NCBI RefSeq assembly: GCF_018977255.1
Contig: NW_024704742.1
Span: forward strand, 49,044,001 to 49,108,000
DNA length: 64,000 bases
Source: Callorhinchus milii
Taxonomy: Eukaryota
Reading direction: 5' to 3'
Shown here one piece after another: positions 39,455 through 52,763 of this stretch (position 1 is the stretch's first letter; every line of letters begins with the position of its first letter). The notes beneath the pieces are model-generated. The model did not search any database and had not been told where the DNA came from. It saw only the letters and a list, made by a program, of their open reading frames with translations. The translations under genes were made by a program, and so were the position numbers.

Positions 39455-39725
39455 TTAATAATAATAATCTTTGGATTTGATACAGTACCTTATCACATCA
39501 TTGAGATGTCCCAGAGCGCTTCACGGGATATATTGTAAAGTGTAGTGATACTGTATTTTGTGGGTGAAACACGGTAGCCAATTGCACACAGCAATATCTC
39601 ACAAATAATTTTGGAATGAGTGACCCAATTTTTTTTGAGGGATTATTAACCCCAGGGAAGCGATCCACCAATCAACTAATAACCAAGTTCCTACTTACTA
39701 CTAGGTAAACAGAGGGGTGTGGAGT
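39455..39725 (-). mobile_element. Family A SINE, headless long form
   Basis: Reverse-complement tail, Deu domain and internal segment. Confidence 0.82.
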
Positions 39726-41320
39726 ACAGCAACGTTATCTAATGCACTCTGTTCATACCCTTTAAAATGCTCAATTTCCCCTATAATTCATTTTGTCGTT
39801 ATCTTAAATTTGTGCCCACTTGTTACTGATCACCAAGCATTGAAAGTAACCTATTACTATTTACTCTTTTATTAACCTGAACAAGTCACTCCTTAACTCT
39901 CTCAACTCTAGTGAAAAAAGCCTAACTTCTCAAGTCTATTTTCATAACTGAAAGCCCTCATCCCTATACTATCAAATCTACTGCACATTTCAGCCTGCTT
40001 TTATATATTTCTTATAATGTGGGATGCAATCCTACATTTAATTTTGAAACTGGCTAGGTGGGCCACAATGGACCACAATACTGCTGTGGTTATGAATCTT
40101 TCCAATAGTCATTCATAGGTTGAGATAAATGAAGAAAATCAGGAAAAAGTAACAAATGTAGCCCGCCAGAAGTGTTACCAGTTCCAAGTAGTGTTTGTGG
40201 TTCAAAAAATTGCGACATTTTGATCAAATTCCAGCAGTTATTGAAAGTGGCTTTAGCGAGTGTTCGACTGAAATTTCATTTCAGTGAACTTAGATGGCAA
40301 GGCAACGTAACGCTTTGCAATACATTTTTGAAAATACTGTACATATGTACTACATTATAAACAGTTTTGTTTTGTTAATAACAGTCGACTCAAACTAAAT
40401 CTTGCTATATGCTGTAGCGCCTGGCAACACAAAACAATGTTGAAAACAATGTTGGATCCTGAAAAGCTCTCATGTGAGTGATTGACAATCACTGTCCTTT
40501 TCTGAGGTAAGAGAAGTTATTAACTTTTCTTCACACTGCAGGTTTCAAGTGTACACTTGGCTATTCCACAGATGAGTGTATACTAACCCCATTGTCAGCA
40601 ATATTATTGGCCTCTGTGAAACATCATATCGCCAAATGGCACTTGAAGGTTTAGGACACAAGAGAAGTTTGAATGAAGAAGGCCCTTTGACCCAGATGAT
40701 CGCATCCTTCTAGCATTCCCAACATCAAGCTAATTCTTAAATGAGTCCAGAATCCTGATCTCAATCACCCTTCTTGGTAACCTGTTCCAAATGTTAATTA
40801 CCTTCTGTACAACATGCATATGCCAGTTAAGTCAATTAGATATGCAAATAGTGAGATGACTGTACATACGCAGATTGTGGCAATTGTTATGCAACGGGGC
40901 TAACTTCTGCCTTTAAAATTTTGTTAGTACAAAAATTGCTTGTTCATTTGGAACGGAACAGTCCTTTTTCATGTGGGACATCCATTTTTGATGAGGTGAT
41001 AAAAGCCTGGGCAGTCGAGGGCTTGTGAGACAGAGTTTGAGATAGAGAAAGAGAAGGGGCTCCTGAAAGAGCAAGAATTCCTATAGAATCTTTGGACCAA
41101 TTGTTCTTTCACTTTGTATCTGTGTAGTGCTGTAACGCTGTAACTTTCATGGTGTCTAATAAATCCAACCATGATATTTGTCGTCAGTCACAACAGCTGC
41201 TTCTGGAACTATGTATTGTAAGAGGATTTTGTGCTACAAAATTCTGAGAGCACTAGTAACAGAAGTATTAGTCTGTATCTCGTGGACCAAGCTTGTGACA
41301 CCTTCCATTTAAGAAATATT

Positions 41321-42368
41321 TGCTCCCCCTTGGTGACATCATCCGCAGACATGGGGTTAACTTCCACATGTATGCGGATGACACCCAACTCTACCTTTCC
41401 TCCTCTACCCTCAACTCCACGACCACCGATGTCCTGACAGCTGCCTGTCCGACATCGAGTCCTGGACGAGAGATAACTTTCTTCAGCTCAACGTGCGCAA
41501 AACTGAGGCCCTCCTGATTGGCTCACGTCAGCGCCTCCGCACCTCAGGCGCTGACAGCATCAGCATCCAAGGCTGCACTCTCCACCTCTCAAAGCCGGTC
41601 AGGAACCTCGGGATTCTGTTCGACCCTGAGCTGTCCTTTCTCCCTCACATCCGCGCCACAACTGGCACCGCCTTCCACCACCTCCGGAATGTCGCCAGAC
41701 TACGGCACTACCTCACCCTTCACGCTGCTGAAACTCTGGTCCACGCCTTTATCACCTCAAGGCTGGACTATGGGAACTCTCTCCTCGCCGGCCTTCCCGG
41801 CACCTCCCTCCACAAGCTGCAGGTCATTCAGAACTCTGCAGCTCGTGTACTGTCCCGCACCAGGCTTCGCGACCACATCACTCCCACCCTCGCTCGCCTC
41901 CACTGGCTCCCCATCCCCCAGAGGATCGAATTCAAGATCCTCATCCACACCTACAAGGCCATTCACGGCCTCGCTCACTCCTACCTCTCCGACCTACTAT
42001 TCCCCTACCTACCTGCCCGTACCCTCCGTTCCTCTGGCTCCGGTCTGCTCCACATCCCCCGCCCCAACCGCCCTACCATCGGTGGCTGGGCCTTCAGCCT
42101 CTCAGCCCCGAGGCTCTGGAACTCTATCCCCCAGTGCCTTTGCCGCCTCCTCCCTTTCCTCCTTCAAGGCCGATCTCAAGACCTTTCTCTTTGACCGTGC
42201 CTTCAGCTCCCCTCTCGACTCTCTACCCCCTCCTCGCTCCCTCCCTTCCCTCCCCTCACCCTGACCATTTCCCCCCAAGGCTCGGGTCCTGACCCAACTG
42301 TACAGCGCCTTGGGACGTCCTCCCGACGTGAAAGGCGCTCAATAAATGGAATCTTGTTGTTGTTGTTG
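41321..42368 (+). mobile_element. L2-clade LINE, 5'-truncated
   Basis: [51 protein letters not shown]. Frameshifted. Ends in a stem-loop plus (TTG)n. Confidence 0.95.
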
Positions 42369-43486
42369 TGTGTCCTGAAATTGACTTTGCCAACGCTGAA
42401 CCAGTGCCCTCTCGTTTTTCTTCCTCGGTGTAACTGAAAGAATTGAACCGGGTTAACTTTCTCAACCCCACTTAAACTCTTCTATATCTGTATAAGGTCC
42501 CCTCTGAGGTGTCCTTTTTTCAAGGTTGAAGAGCCCTACCTTGTCTAATCATTCCTCATTTCTCTAACACTCTGGCCCATTCTCGTTGATCTTCATTTTA
42601 CAGTAACCAAAACTGTAGGCAGTACACTTTGAACAGAGCACTGTACCTGAGCACAGTTTCTGGCGATGAAAACAAGAGGATAATTCTTCAACTTTCACGC
42701 ACTGTTGCAAAATTGTACACATAAGATCTCCAGGCACCTCTCTTCCTAATTCTTTGTCAATTGGAGCAAACTGAACATTCATTTGGTATAGTCAGAAGAC
42801 TCCCAAACCTAGCTCTGGATAATAAATATGTTAATGACAATAGCCAACTACATAAAGTTCCTTGATAATGTGTTCATACTTCTTAAATGTTTCCCATTAA
42901 CAAGCAAAACACCAGGAGATAAAATATAAAGGGAAGTGAAGTGCCATTTGTACAATGTTGCTGGTCTTTTTAGCACTGAGAAAAAAGTGTTATTGTGGAT
43001 AGGAATATGTGACATTCAAATAATCATTGCATCTTGAAAGTTTCACATCATCTTGCAAAGATGGAACGGAATACAAATAGAAGATTTCCTAAGTTCAAGA
43101 ACATTCATGTAGGTTGGACAGTATTTTAAATATTTTCTTTCATTAACTCCTGGCTAATGTAACTTTAATGCCAAAAAATCCTAAAATATATATTAAGTGA
43201 ATTGCAACATCTGCAGCTTAGGGTAAAATCCATTGTTATGAACATAATATCTTTAAATCAATCTTCTAAATCTGAAATTATTAAACAATCTAATCTGCAA
43301 CAAAGCTAGCTCTGAAAAAGGGAACATATTATAACAGAGGATTGTCTACAAGATGTGGGCAGGAAAGCTGAATCTAATTTTAAAGTACATATTATGTGTT
43401 AAAACATAAGCTACTGCTTAAAATACTGTACATACAACCAGACGCAAAATTTTTATTCCAGTAAGGATAAGTGTAGATTCATAAAT

Positions 43487-44244
43487 TCACACTCAACCTT
43501 ACTGAGCCAGTCAGGAACCTGGGTATCTTGTTTGACTCTGAACTCTCCTTTCTCCCCCACATCTGCGATATGGCCTGCACTGCCTACCACCACCTCCGCA
43601 ACATTGACAGACTCCGCCACCGCCTCACCCCTCAGGCTGCCGAAACCCTCACCCACGCATTCGTCACATCAAGGCTCAATTACGGAAACTCCCTCCTCAT
43701 CGTCCTTCCCAACTCTTCCCTCCACAAGCTACAGATCATCCATAACTCTGCAGCTTGTGTACTCTCACACACCAGGCTCCGTGACCCCATCACTCCCACC
43801 CTCACCCGACTCCACTGACTCCCTGTCCATCAGAGGATTGAGTTCAAGATCCTCGCCCTCACTTTCAAGGCCATCCATGGCCTTGCCCCCTCCTACCTCT
43901 CTGACTTGCTGACTCTCTACCTCCGTTCAGTGGGCTCTGGCCTGCTCCATGTCTCCCATCCGACCCGCCCTACCATTGGTGGCCGGGCTTTCAGCCTTTC
44001 TGCCCCCACACTCTGGAACTCCATCCCACGGTCCCTTCACCTCGCTTCCTCCCTTGCCTCCTTCAAGGCCGGTCTCAAGACCCTCCTCTTCAATCGTGCC
44101 TTTGATCGCCTTCCCAACTCTCTGCCTTCCCTCACCCCTACATCACCCCTCCCCCATGCTCGGACCCCGATACCTGACTGTTCAGCGCTTTGGGACATCC
44201 TCCCGATGTGAAAGGCGCTCTGTAAATGAAATTTTATTGTTGTT
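43487..44244 (+). mobile_element. L2-clade LINE, 5'-truncated
   Basis: LTHAFVTSRLNYGNSLL, GGRAFSLSAPTLWNSIP. Same 3' end as the 41321-42368 copy. Confidence 0.92.
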
Positions 44245-45434
44245 GTGGCTAGCATACCTTTAGTCTGCAAATTGAATCCTTTATGTCTGTGTTAAGACAA
44301 GTCTACTTTCTAGCTAAAGCTTTTTGTCAAGAGGAATAGAGTACAAAATTAAGAAGTGATATTAGATGTGTAGTTTTAACGTTAGAAATAAAACCTTGGT
44401 TTAGACCTTATTCGGAATACTGTGTGCAGTCTGGAAAATAATTGAGGTTCTAGACAATATTTATAAGAGCTCCAGAAGTACACTATACTCAAGAATTGGA
44501 ACAAATTCAACGTTAGATACCAAATCAGGTATCAACAGTAAGGATAATGTATCAGAGCATTTCATAAAACACCATCAGTGTCCACACCATATCAAATTTT
44601 TGAGCTCCCTATTTTTGAGTTTAAAAGTTGGAGAACACTTCCTATGGATCTTCTGGATGGTTCAAAGGGCTTGGAAGACATCTACTTCAAATTTCTGCAG
44701 TTTCCTCTAAACCCATCTTGGAAAAGGCTACAGCACCCAAAAGATGAAAGGGTAGTTTTAAGGCCCACAAATTGTGAATTGGAGGTGTAGAGGGAGAAGA
44801 GGATGGAAATGGAAATGTTAAATTAAGGAGTTAGTAGAGATTTGCCAACATTTTCCAGTTCTCAAATGACCTTCACTTGAGGGAGCTGCTGTCTGCGTGT
44901 GTATTTTGCTTTCTTGAGAAAACCGTGAGTTAACAGAATAACATTCAAATGTTAGAGGATAAGTAATGAATCGCTAAAAGCTATGTAGAATCTGGCTGAT
45001 TCTGGTAGTTGGAGAAAAGGATTTGCTTGATTCAACTAAAAGAAAATGCAATAATGATCAATGCTTAGCTTCAGCGCTCAGCATACCAATTAGTTTCATC
45101 GGGAAAGAGTGAGATATTGCAGATGTATGCTTGCTGGATGAATGTTGCCAAGCGACCGGTTGTGTCTCTGTACAGACCAATAAGAGAGCAGGAAATGGCA
45201 CCATTTTGAAAGTAGCAAATCACATCTTGCATTAACATTACTGAGAAAACATAACTGCTTTATGATTTATATGAGTCTGATTTTCAGTGTTTTCAGTCTG
45301 TTTAATGTCCACTGCCATTTCTTAATTGAATTACATAGAAACACAGTAAGTGCAATACAATTCTATCCATTTTTTTGCAGCAGAATAACAAATATATGGA
45401 GAAATTCCACTTGGATTTGGGTCTAGTTGTAATA

Positions 45435-45930
45435 CATTACATTTAAATACATTAGAATATACAACACAGAAACAGGCCATTCAGCCCAACTAGTCTATGC
45501 TGGTTTTTATGCTCCACATGAGCCTCCTCTTGCCTTCCTCAATTAAGCCTTCAAGCATAATTCCTTTCTCTCTTATGTACCTATTGAGCTTTCCCTTAAA
45601 TACATCTATGCTATTTGCCTCAACAACTCCTTATGGTAGAATGTTCCACATTCCCACTACTCTCTGCGTGAAGAAATTTCTTCTAACTTTCCTATTTGAT
45701 CTATTTGTGACTATTTTATATCGATAGCCCCTGGTTTTGGTCTCCCCCACAAGTGGAAACATCTTCCCTATGTCTTCCCAATCAAAACCTTTCATAATTT
45801 TAAAGACCTCTATCAGGTTATCCGTTACCCTTCTATTTTCAAGAGAAAAGAGTCCAAGCATGTTCAGCCTTTCCTGATAGGTATAACCTCTCAGTTCTGG
45901 GATCATCCTTGTGAATCTCCTTTGAACCCT
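45435..45930 (-). mobile_element. CR1 3' fragment
   Basis: YQERLNMLGLFSLENRR...NFFTQRVVGMWNILP. Confidence 0.9.
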
Positions 45931-46231
45931 AATCTATTATTGTAGAGTTATTAATGTGAAAATATTATAGAATGTCCAGATTTTGGTAAATTGTTGAAAT
46001 CAGTCTTAACTTCAAAGTTGGTTTTATTTTTTAAAAATCTGGCAAAAATCCATCTTAAAAATTAAGAAGGTATTTAAACATTTTGTCAAATTTCTGGACA
46101 ATCTAAAATGCTAATTAATGAAGTAAATCTTAGACTGAGGTGGAATTTCTTCCCATCAATGTGAAAATTGAGTGCTTCTACATAATATACTAATAGATCT
46201 CTTTTTGGTTTGCTTCGGCACTGTAATTAAT

Positions 46232-46695
46232 AAATAAATAATCCATACATTTGATATAGTACATTTAATGTCTGGAGGCCATCTCAAAGTACTTCACAAG
46301 ATATATTGTAATGTGTAGTGACTATTTTGTAGGTGAAAATGGCATCCAATTTGCACACAGCAATGTGCCGCAAACAGCCATGAAGTGAATGACCAATCTT
46401 ATTTGGGGGGGGGGGGGGGGGGAGGGGGGACGGAGGGTTATTGGCCAGGACACTGGAAGAAACATCCTTCTCTTTTCGAATTGTGCCGTGGGATCTTTAA
46501 CATCCACCTGAATTGGCAGAAGGGACCTCAATTTAACATCTCATCTGAAGGACAGCACCTCCAATAAGGTAGAACTCCCCCCAGCACTGCACTGGAGTGT
46601 TACCTTAGACTATGTTAGTTCCAGGTCTTGATGTGGGGCTTGAACCTACAACCTTCTGACTCAGAGGCAAGAGAGCTACCACTGAGCCATGGTGA
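46232..46695 (-). mobile_element. Family B Deu-SINE, near full length
   Basis: tRNA-like head (ggctcagtggtagctctcttgcctctgagtcagaaggttgtaggttcaag), body, Deu domain and tail. Confidence 0.85.
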
Positions 46696-47094
46696 CACAT
46701 CATGTGGGAGTCTGAAATGCTCTATTTCAATCTATATTAGTTGGGCTAATTACACCTTCTGGGTTGGGAATATAGGATTGAGAAATTTTCACAAGCATTT
46801 TCTTCATTGGTCTTTTTTCAAATTTTCGCAGTTTAGAATTTACCATTCACTTTGTTGCAAATCTAGTGTGAATCTCAAAATCTGATCCTCGCAAACAAGA
46901 AGCTGCAATTAAGAACACAAATCCAGATTGTGAATATTACCGTTTAGATCCCATAATGCAGTATACTTTGGGGATATTAGTTAGTTCTGCATGGTCAGAA
47001 AGTCTTTATCATTGATTAGCAGTAGGAAGACTTTTTAAACTTTGTGATTGTCGTTCCTAACTTTAATATTCTCTGCAGAAGCCAGCATAAAGAA

Positions 47095-47690
47095 ATCTAC
47101 AATGATTTACAAAGAATGTACAGTACGGAAACAGGCTGCTCAGCCCAACCATTCTATGCTGGTCCAGACACGAGTCTCCACCCATTCCTTTACACAGTCC
47201 CATACCCCTCTATTCCCCTCATTCCTCTTGAATGCATCTGATTCAATCACCACTTCAGGCAATGAGTTCCACAACCTCACTACACTCTGCGTGAAGTAGA
47301 GACTTCATTGTATCATGGTTAAGGGGAGATTTGATAGTGGTGTTCAAAATTATGAGGGCTTTTGATAGAGTAGGTAGGGAGAAACTGTTTCCACTGATCA
47401 GTGGGTCAGTAACCAGGGCACATAGACATAAGATAATTGGCAAAAGAACCAGAGGGGAGATGAGGAGACATTTTTTTACACAGAGAGTTTTTACAGTCTG
47501 GAATACACTGCCTGAAAGGGTGGTGGAAACAGATTCAACAACAACTTTCAAAAGAGGATTATATAGGTACTTGAAAAGAAAAAAAATGCAAGGATATTGA
47601 TTGGGTAGCTTTTCCAAAGAGCCGGCACAGGCAAATGGGCTGAATGGCCTCCTTCTATGCTGGAATATTCTATGATTCTATGATTCTATG
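47095..47690. mobile_element. Two back-to-back CR1 3' fragments (~47095-47297 minus, ~47320-47690 plus)
   Basis: The plus part encodes FKIMRAFDRVGREKLFP...FFTQRVFTVWNTLP and ends in (ATTCTATG)n. The minus part carries a CR1 tail (cagcccaac...ccacaacctcactacactctgcgtgaag). Confidence 0.85.
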
Positions 47691-48781
47691 GTTGTTTATT
47701 TCAGAATAATTCTGACTATTTCTACCATTTTATTTTCAAGAATTCCTTTCCACCAAAGCCTGCCCTATGTATTTTCGTATTTTCAATCCTTATCTCTTGC
47801 TTTGACTGAATGTTGGCCTTCGAATGTCTAGGTTTCCGAGACTCCTCCAGGCTTGTGAACCTGTATGATTGTACATCCTTATCTTTATGAAATACTCATC
47901 ACAGGTGTTCAACCTCCCCTGTCCAGATACTAGCTGCTCCTCTTTGACCACTGGCAGTTCCACAAGTGTTATCTACATCACACCTCCAGCTGTGCACTCG
48001 CACTCATCTCATGCCTGCCTCTCGCGTCACTAGATTTCTGTATAGAACAGTAGCTTGGCTAAGATTGAAGCAGCTCTTTAATGATCAATCATCGCTGTTA
48101 ATGAGGTGTCTCAGTCCAACTCCAGACTTAAACTGCTTTATATTTAAGCACCAAAGAGACAAACGAGGAGGTGTTCACACTTGAGCGTGACTCTTTAGTG
48201 CACTCTCCATTTTTGCAGAGGGTAAGATCTCATCAGGTATGTAGCCCAATGATGTCATACACCACCGCCTCTCACACACATGCAAGTTTTTTTTTCTTTG
48301 ACTGATGCAGAAATAATATTAGTGGAAAGTGGGAGATATAATACAATACAATTATCATTTACATAGCGCCTTTCACTTCAGGGGATATCTCAATATCAGG
48401 CAGCTTTGTTTCCAGGATTCCTTTCCCATTCTTTTGCAATTTGTTAAATAGTGACTATAAGTGGGAGAAAAAGGCCCCATGTATGTGTGAAACAAATGAT
48501 ATTATTGTATCACTTGCACTATGAACCCATCCTGTTTGCTCTGGTATCACCCTTTTTCATTCCCGGTGGCTTGCTGCGGAGGCAACGGGAGATCGAATCC
48601 AGGAAAGGGCCCTGGTCTGTTCAGCATCAAGAAATTCAGAATCATTTCATTGCAGGTTGCTCATGGAGATGGTAAATTCAAAAAAGGGGAATAAATCTTT
48701 CGAACATACTACTCCACTAGAACTAATACTTTACTACCATACAGTTTAACTCAACAGATGCCACAATCAAATGTATCTAGC

Positions 48782-50012
48782 AGGTTAGATAGGGGGGAAC
48801 CAGGAGATGTAGTATATTTAGATTTTAAAAAGGCATTTGACAAAGTGCCACACAAAAAGCTATTTCACAAGGTTAAGGCCCATGGGATTAATGGGAACAT
48901 ATTAGCATGGATTGAAGAGTGGGTAACGGGTAGAAAACAGAGAGTAGGGACAAACGGGTCATTCTCGAATTGGCAGGATGTGACTAGTGGAGTGCCACCA
49001 GGATCAGTGCTTGGGCCTCAGCTATTTACAATTTACATCAATGATCTAGACGAGGACATTGAATGTAATGTATCTAAATTCGCGGATGACACTAAACTAG
49101 GTGGGAGAGTAAGCTCTGAGGATGATGCAAAAAGATTGCAAAGGGATATAGATAGGCTAGGGGAGTGGGCGAGTAGGTGGCAGATGGAATTTAGTGTGGA
49201 GAAGTGTGAAGTTATTCACCTAGGTAGAAAAAATAGAAAAACAGATTATTTTCTAGAGGGTGAGAGATTAGATAGTGTTAGTGTTCAGAGGGATTTAGGT
49301 GTCCTTGTACACCAGTCTCAAAAAGTTAGTTTGCAGCTGCAGCAAGCAACTAAGAATACGAACGGCATGTTAGCTTTCATTGCAAAAGGTTTAGAGTACA
49401 AGAATATGGAACTCTTGCTGCTACTGTATAGGGAGTTGGTGAGACCACACCTAGAGTATTGTGTGCAGTTTTAGTCTCCTTATTTAAAAAAGGACATACT
49501 TGCCCAAGAGGGGGTGCAGCGTAGATTCACTAGGTTAGTTCCTGGGATGAGGGGACTGACCTATGAGGATAGGCTGAATAAACTAGGGCTATATTCTCTA
49601 GAGTACAGAAGAATTAGGGGAGATCTTATTGAAACATATAACATTCTTAAAGGGTTGCATAAAGTAGACACTGAGGGTCTGTTTCCCCGGGTAGAAGAAT
49701 CTATAACCAGGGGTCACAGTCTTAAAATTAAGGGTCAGCCTTTTAGAAGAGAGTTGAGGAAACATTTCTTCACTCAGAGGGTAGTGAATTTATGGAATTC
49801 ACTCCCCCAGAAGGCTGTAGATGCTCAGTCCTTGAACATCTTCAAGGCTGAGACTGATAGATTTTTAAAAAATAGAGGGATTAGGGGATACGGGGATAGG
49901 GCAAGTAATTAGAGTTAGGTCTGAAGATCAGCCATGATCTTATCGAATGGCGGGGAAGGCTCAAGGGGCCGAATGGCCTACTCCTGCTCCTTATGCTTAT
50001 ATTCTTATGTTC
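48782..50012 (+). mobile_element. CR1-clade LINE, 5'-truncated (RT domain through 3' tail)
   Basis: YLDFKKAFDKVPH, SGVPPGSVLGP, FADDTKL, RPHLEYCVQF, HFFTQRVVNLWNSLP. One TAG stop at 49472-49474 where Trp is expected. Tail of (TTCTTATG)-like repeats. Confidence 0.95.
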
Positions 50013-52278
50013 TTATCAAACAAAGGGTTAAAAATCCCAATGATAGCTGACATTGGTAAAGCTAAGTCACTTATTGTTGAATGGAAGAAAGTTTTACTCA
50101 AAAGGGTGGAAAATCTCATGAGTTCTGTGTGAAAACGTTTCAAAACTGATGCTCCAGTCTCTTCAGTTAGTCAGAGAACCACACTGACAAGTCTACCATG
50201 AAGATGCAAATCTGAAAGCCACACCCCAGAAAAGACTTCAAGTACAATTTGACCTCAATGAAATGACAGGTTGCAGAATCCAGCGGTGCAGTACGACTGT
50301 GAGCAAGTTTCGAAAAGGCAAGACTAATTTTGATGAAAGAACTGTGGAGAACTTGGAAGACAGGTTTTGCAGTAGAATCAAGCTGCAATGAATATGCACA
50401 AAATGTGTTTTTTTGCTGTTCTTCAAATAAACTGAATGTGCAGGCTTCAGTAAGGTGAAATCACCTGCCTGCAAAAGTAGTTACTAAACTTGATTGTAAT
50501 TTTGGTAAAGCGCTTTGAAACGTTTTGATGCAATAAGGTGCCATAGAAGTATAAGTTCTATTTAACCACTTGAGGTAGTTATGGTTGATCCTAGAACTGC
50601 TGAAGACAAATGACTGGATGGAAAGATAAAAATGGAAACATGAGATTTCAAAGGTATGTCAGACATGGATTGGATTGTCCCTTTCTAACCCAGTAAAAAT
50701 GACTAATCAAAGGTGATGCAAGACTGGCAAAATTCCACACAATTGTGCTATTACAGGTTATCACTAACGCATGTTGCATGATGGAGGACAGCGATTTAAA
50801 TGAAATCAAAACTGCATGTCTTACATCTGTCTTAAGTTATCCTTGTGTATCTGATAATTATTGCTCAGAATGCTCTTTCAACTAAATTTTGGAATACATC
50901 AAAAGCCAATGATCTATGATTCCTTATTTTGACTGATGTCTCAGTGCAGAAGCCAAAGATCAAGCTTACCTCTAGCTTTGACTCAGCTGATAAGACCAAT
51001 GTCGTATTATATCGTGGCAGAAATACTGCGGGCTCACTTGCCTGCTTGCTGCACTGAGAGTGGGAATTATTGAAATTAAAAAAGCATAAAATAATGGCTA
51101 AATATTAAGCATAATAGTGGAAATAAAACATTGCAAAGATAAAATGTGATTCTGAGAAGATGGTTTACTGGCGAGAAGGTGAATGATGGATGGGTCAGAT
51201 GGGCCCGAGTAGCCTTCATGTACAGAAATAGTACATAACATATGATAACCAAATTACAAACAGAAGACTAATGGACATCAAATCTCAAGAAACTCCAGGA
51301 AATCCGAAAGTGCAGTTCAATACGTAATTGATAGATTGATATAACAAAATGTTGGTAAGAGGAAAATATTCTATTACTCAATGCTATTATGATCTGTATT
51401 CTAAAAGCATCCAGCTGAAAAAAAATTCTCATGCTATTTGGACATAGTGTACAACAGATACTAGTTATAAAAAATGAAACTATTCTTTTCCTGAATTTGC
51501 AGGAGGTAACTCACCAGAGTAATCATGATTGACAGTGAGATGACTGAGGTCAAGGACAGCACTGAATCACATACAGATTATGTTGTCAGACTATTCCAAA
51601 TGGATGGACATCTTAAAAATATTTCATTTGAATATTCCATATACGTTCTCATAGTTGACTTCCCCAGTATGAAGACCAGATGTGAAAATATGGTATTTTT
51701 GGAATATTTGGGGTTAAAAATTTTATTGAACATTTGCCTTGGATGTCTTTTACTTATATTTATTTTACTTTGTCCAAGTGGTTTACTGTGTGACATTTAG
51801 TGTTCTTCAGTGTTCATGGTTAATGGGATTCTCAATTATACACGGACAACATACACCAAACTGACCAGACATAAAGCATCACTCATTATGTTCTCCTCAA
51901 GATGGACGATGACAGTTTTAGGGCATAGAACAGTTAGAGTTGATAACCAGATCAAGCATGTCTTGGGGTGAAAAATATGATGCTTCATAATAGGTTTCAT
52001 CTGATAATTATTTACGAGAAGTCTGGCAGTGCCCTGACAACATCCCAATCCTCAGAAGAGCTTGTTTACCTTTATACCAATATGACATTAGTGTAAATTC
52101 ACATTGAGATAGAGCAGTTGTTTATATTGTGAGATAAAGTGTCTGAACTAATTTTGCTTTGCATACTTAATAGCCTGACACCCTCTGGGTGTGAGCAGTG
52201 TTTAAACCCAAGTTCCAGATATGAAGAGATTAAATAAATAGCTGCCACATGCATGTTTTCCCATCTACACCTATATGT

Positions 52279-52637
52279 GGATGTCCTGTAGCATATTGGT
52301 TAGAGCACTCGCCTCGCAAGCGAGGACCTAGATTCGATTCTTTGGCAGAATGAAACGTTCGGCAATTTTCCTAAAACTAGCAGTAAGTAGAAACGTTGTT
52401 AGTCGATTGGCAGATCGCTTTTCTGGGGGTAATAATTTCTTCCAAAAAACATTAAAAAATAATAATTTGGTCACTCAATCCATGATTGTTTGTAGGACAC
52501 TGCTGTGCGCAATTGGCTGCCACATTTGACCCACAAAATATATAGTCAATTCACTTTAGAGTATGTTCTGTGAAGTGTTTAGAAATGTCTCGAAGACATG
52601 ATGAGACGCTATATGAAATGAAAGGATTATTATTATT
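52279..52637 (+). mobile_element. Family A SINE, long form, diverged
   Basis: Same structure as the 23790 copy. Confidence 0.88.
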
Positions 52638-52744
52638 CTAAAGTGTAGAAAGGTCCCCAAATGCCTTTGCAACATGTATAAAAAACACCTTGTCCCTCAA
52701 AACCAAGTTGGATTGTATGCACAGGATAAAAAATAATGAGACAT

Positions 52745-52763
52745 TCAGCGCCATCTAGTGGTA
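52745..52763 (-). promoter_or_regulatory. CTCF motif (TACCACTAGATGGCGCTGA)
   Basis: Matches the CCASYAGRKGGCRS consensus in non-repeat DNA and keeps its CpG. Confidence 0.65.

Noticed and set aside
50188..50390. Open frame ending ...VENLEDRFCSRIKLQ, faintly like a hAT transposase
   Set aside because: Too short and the similarity too weak to call without a search.
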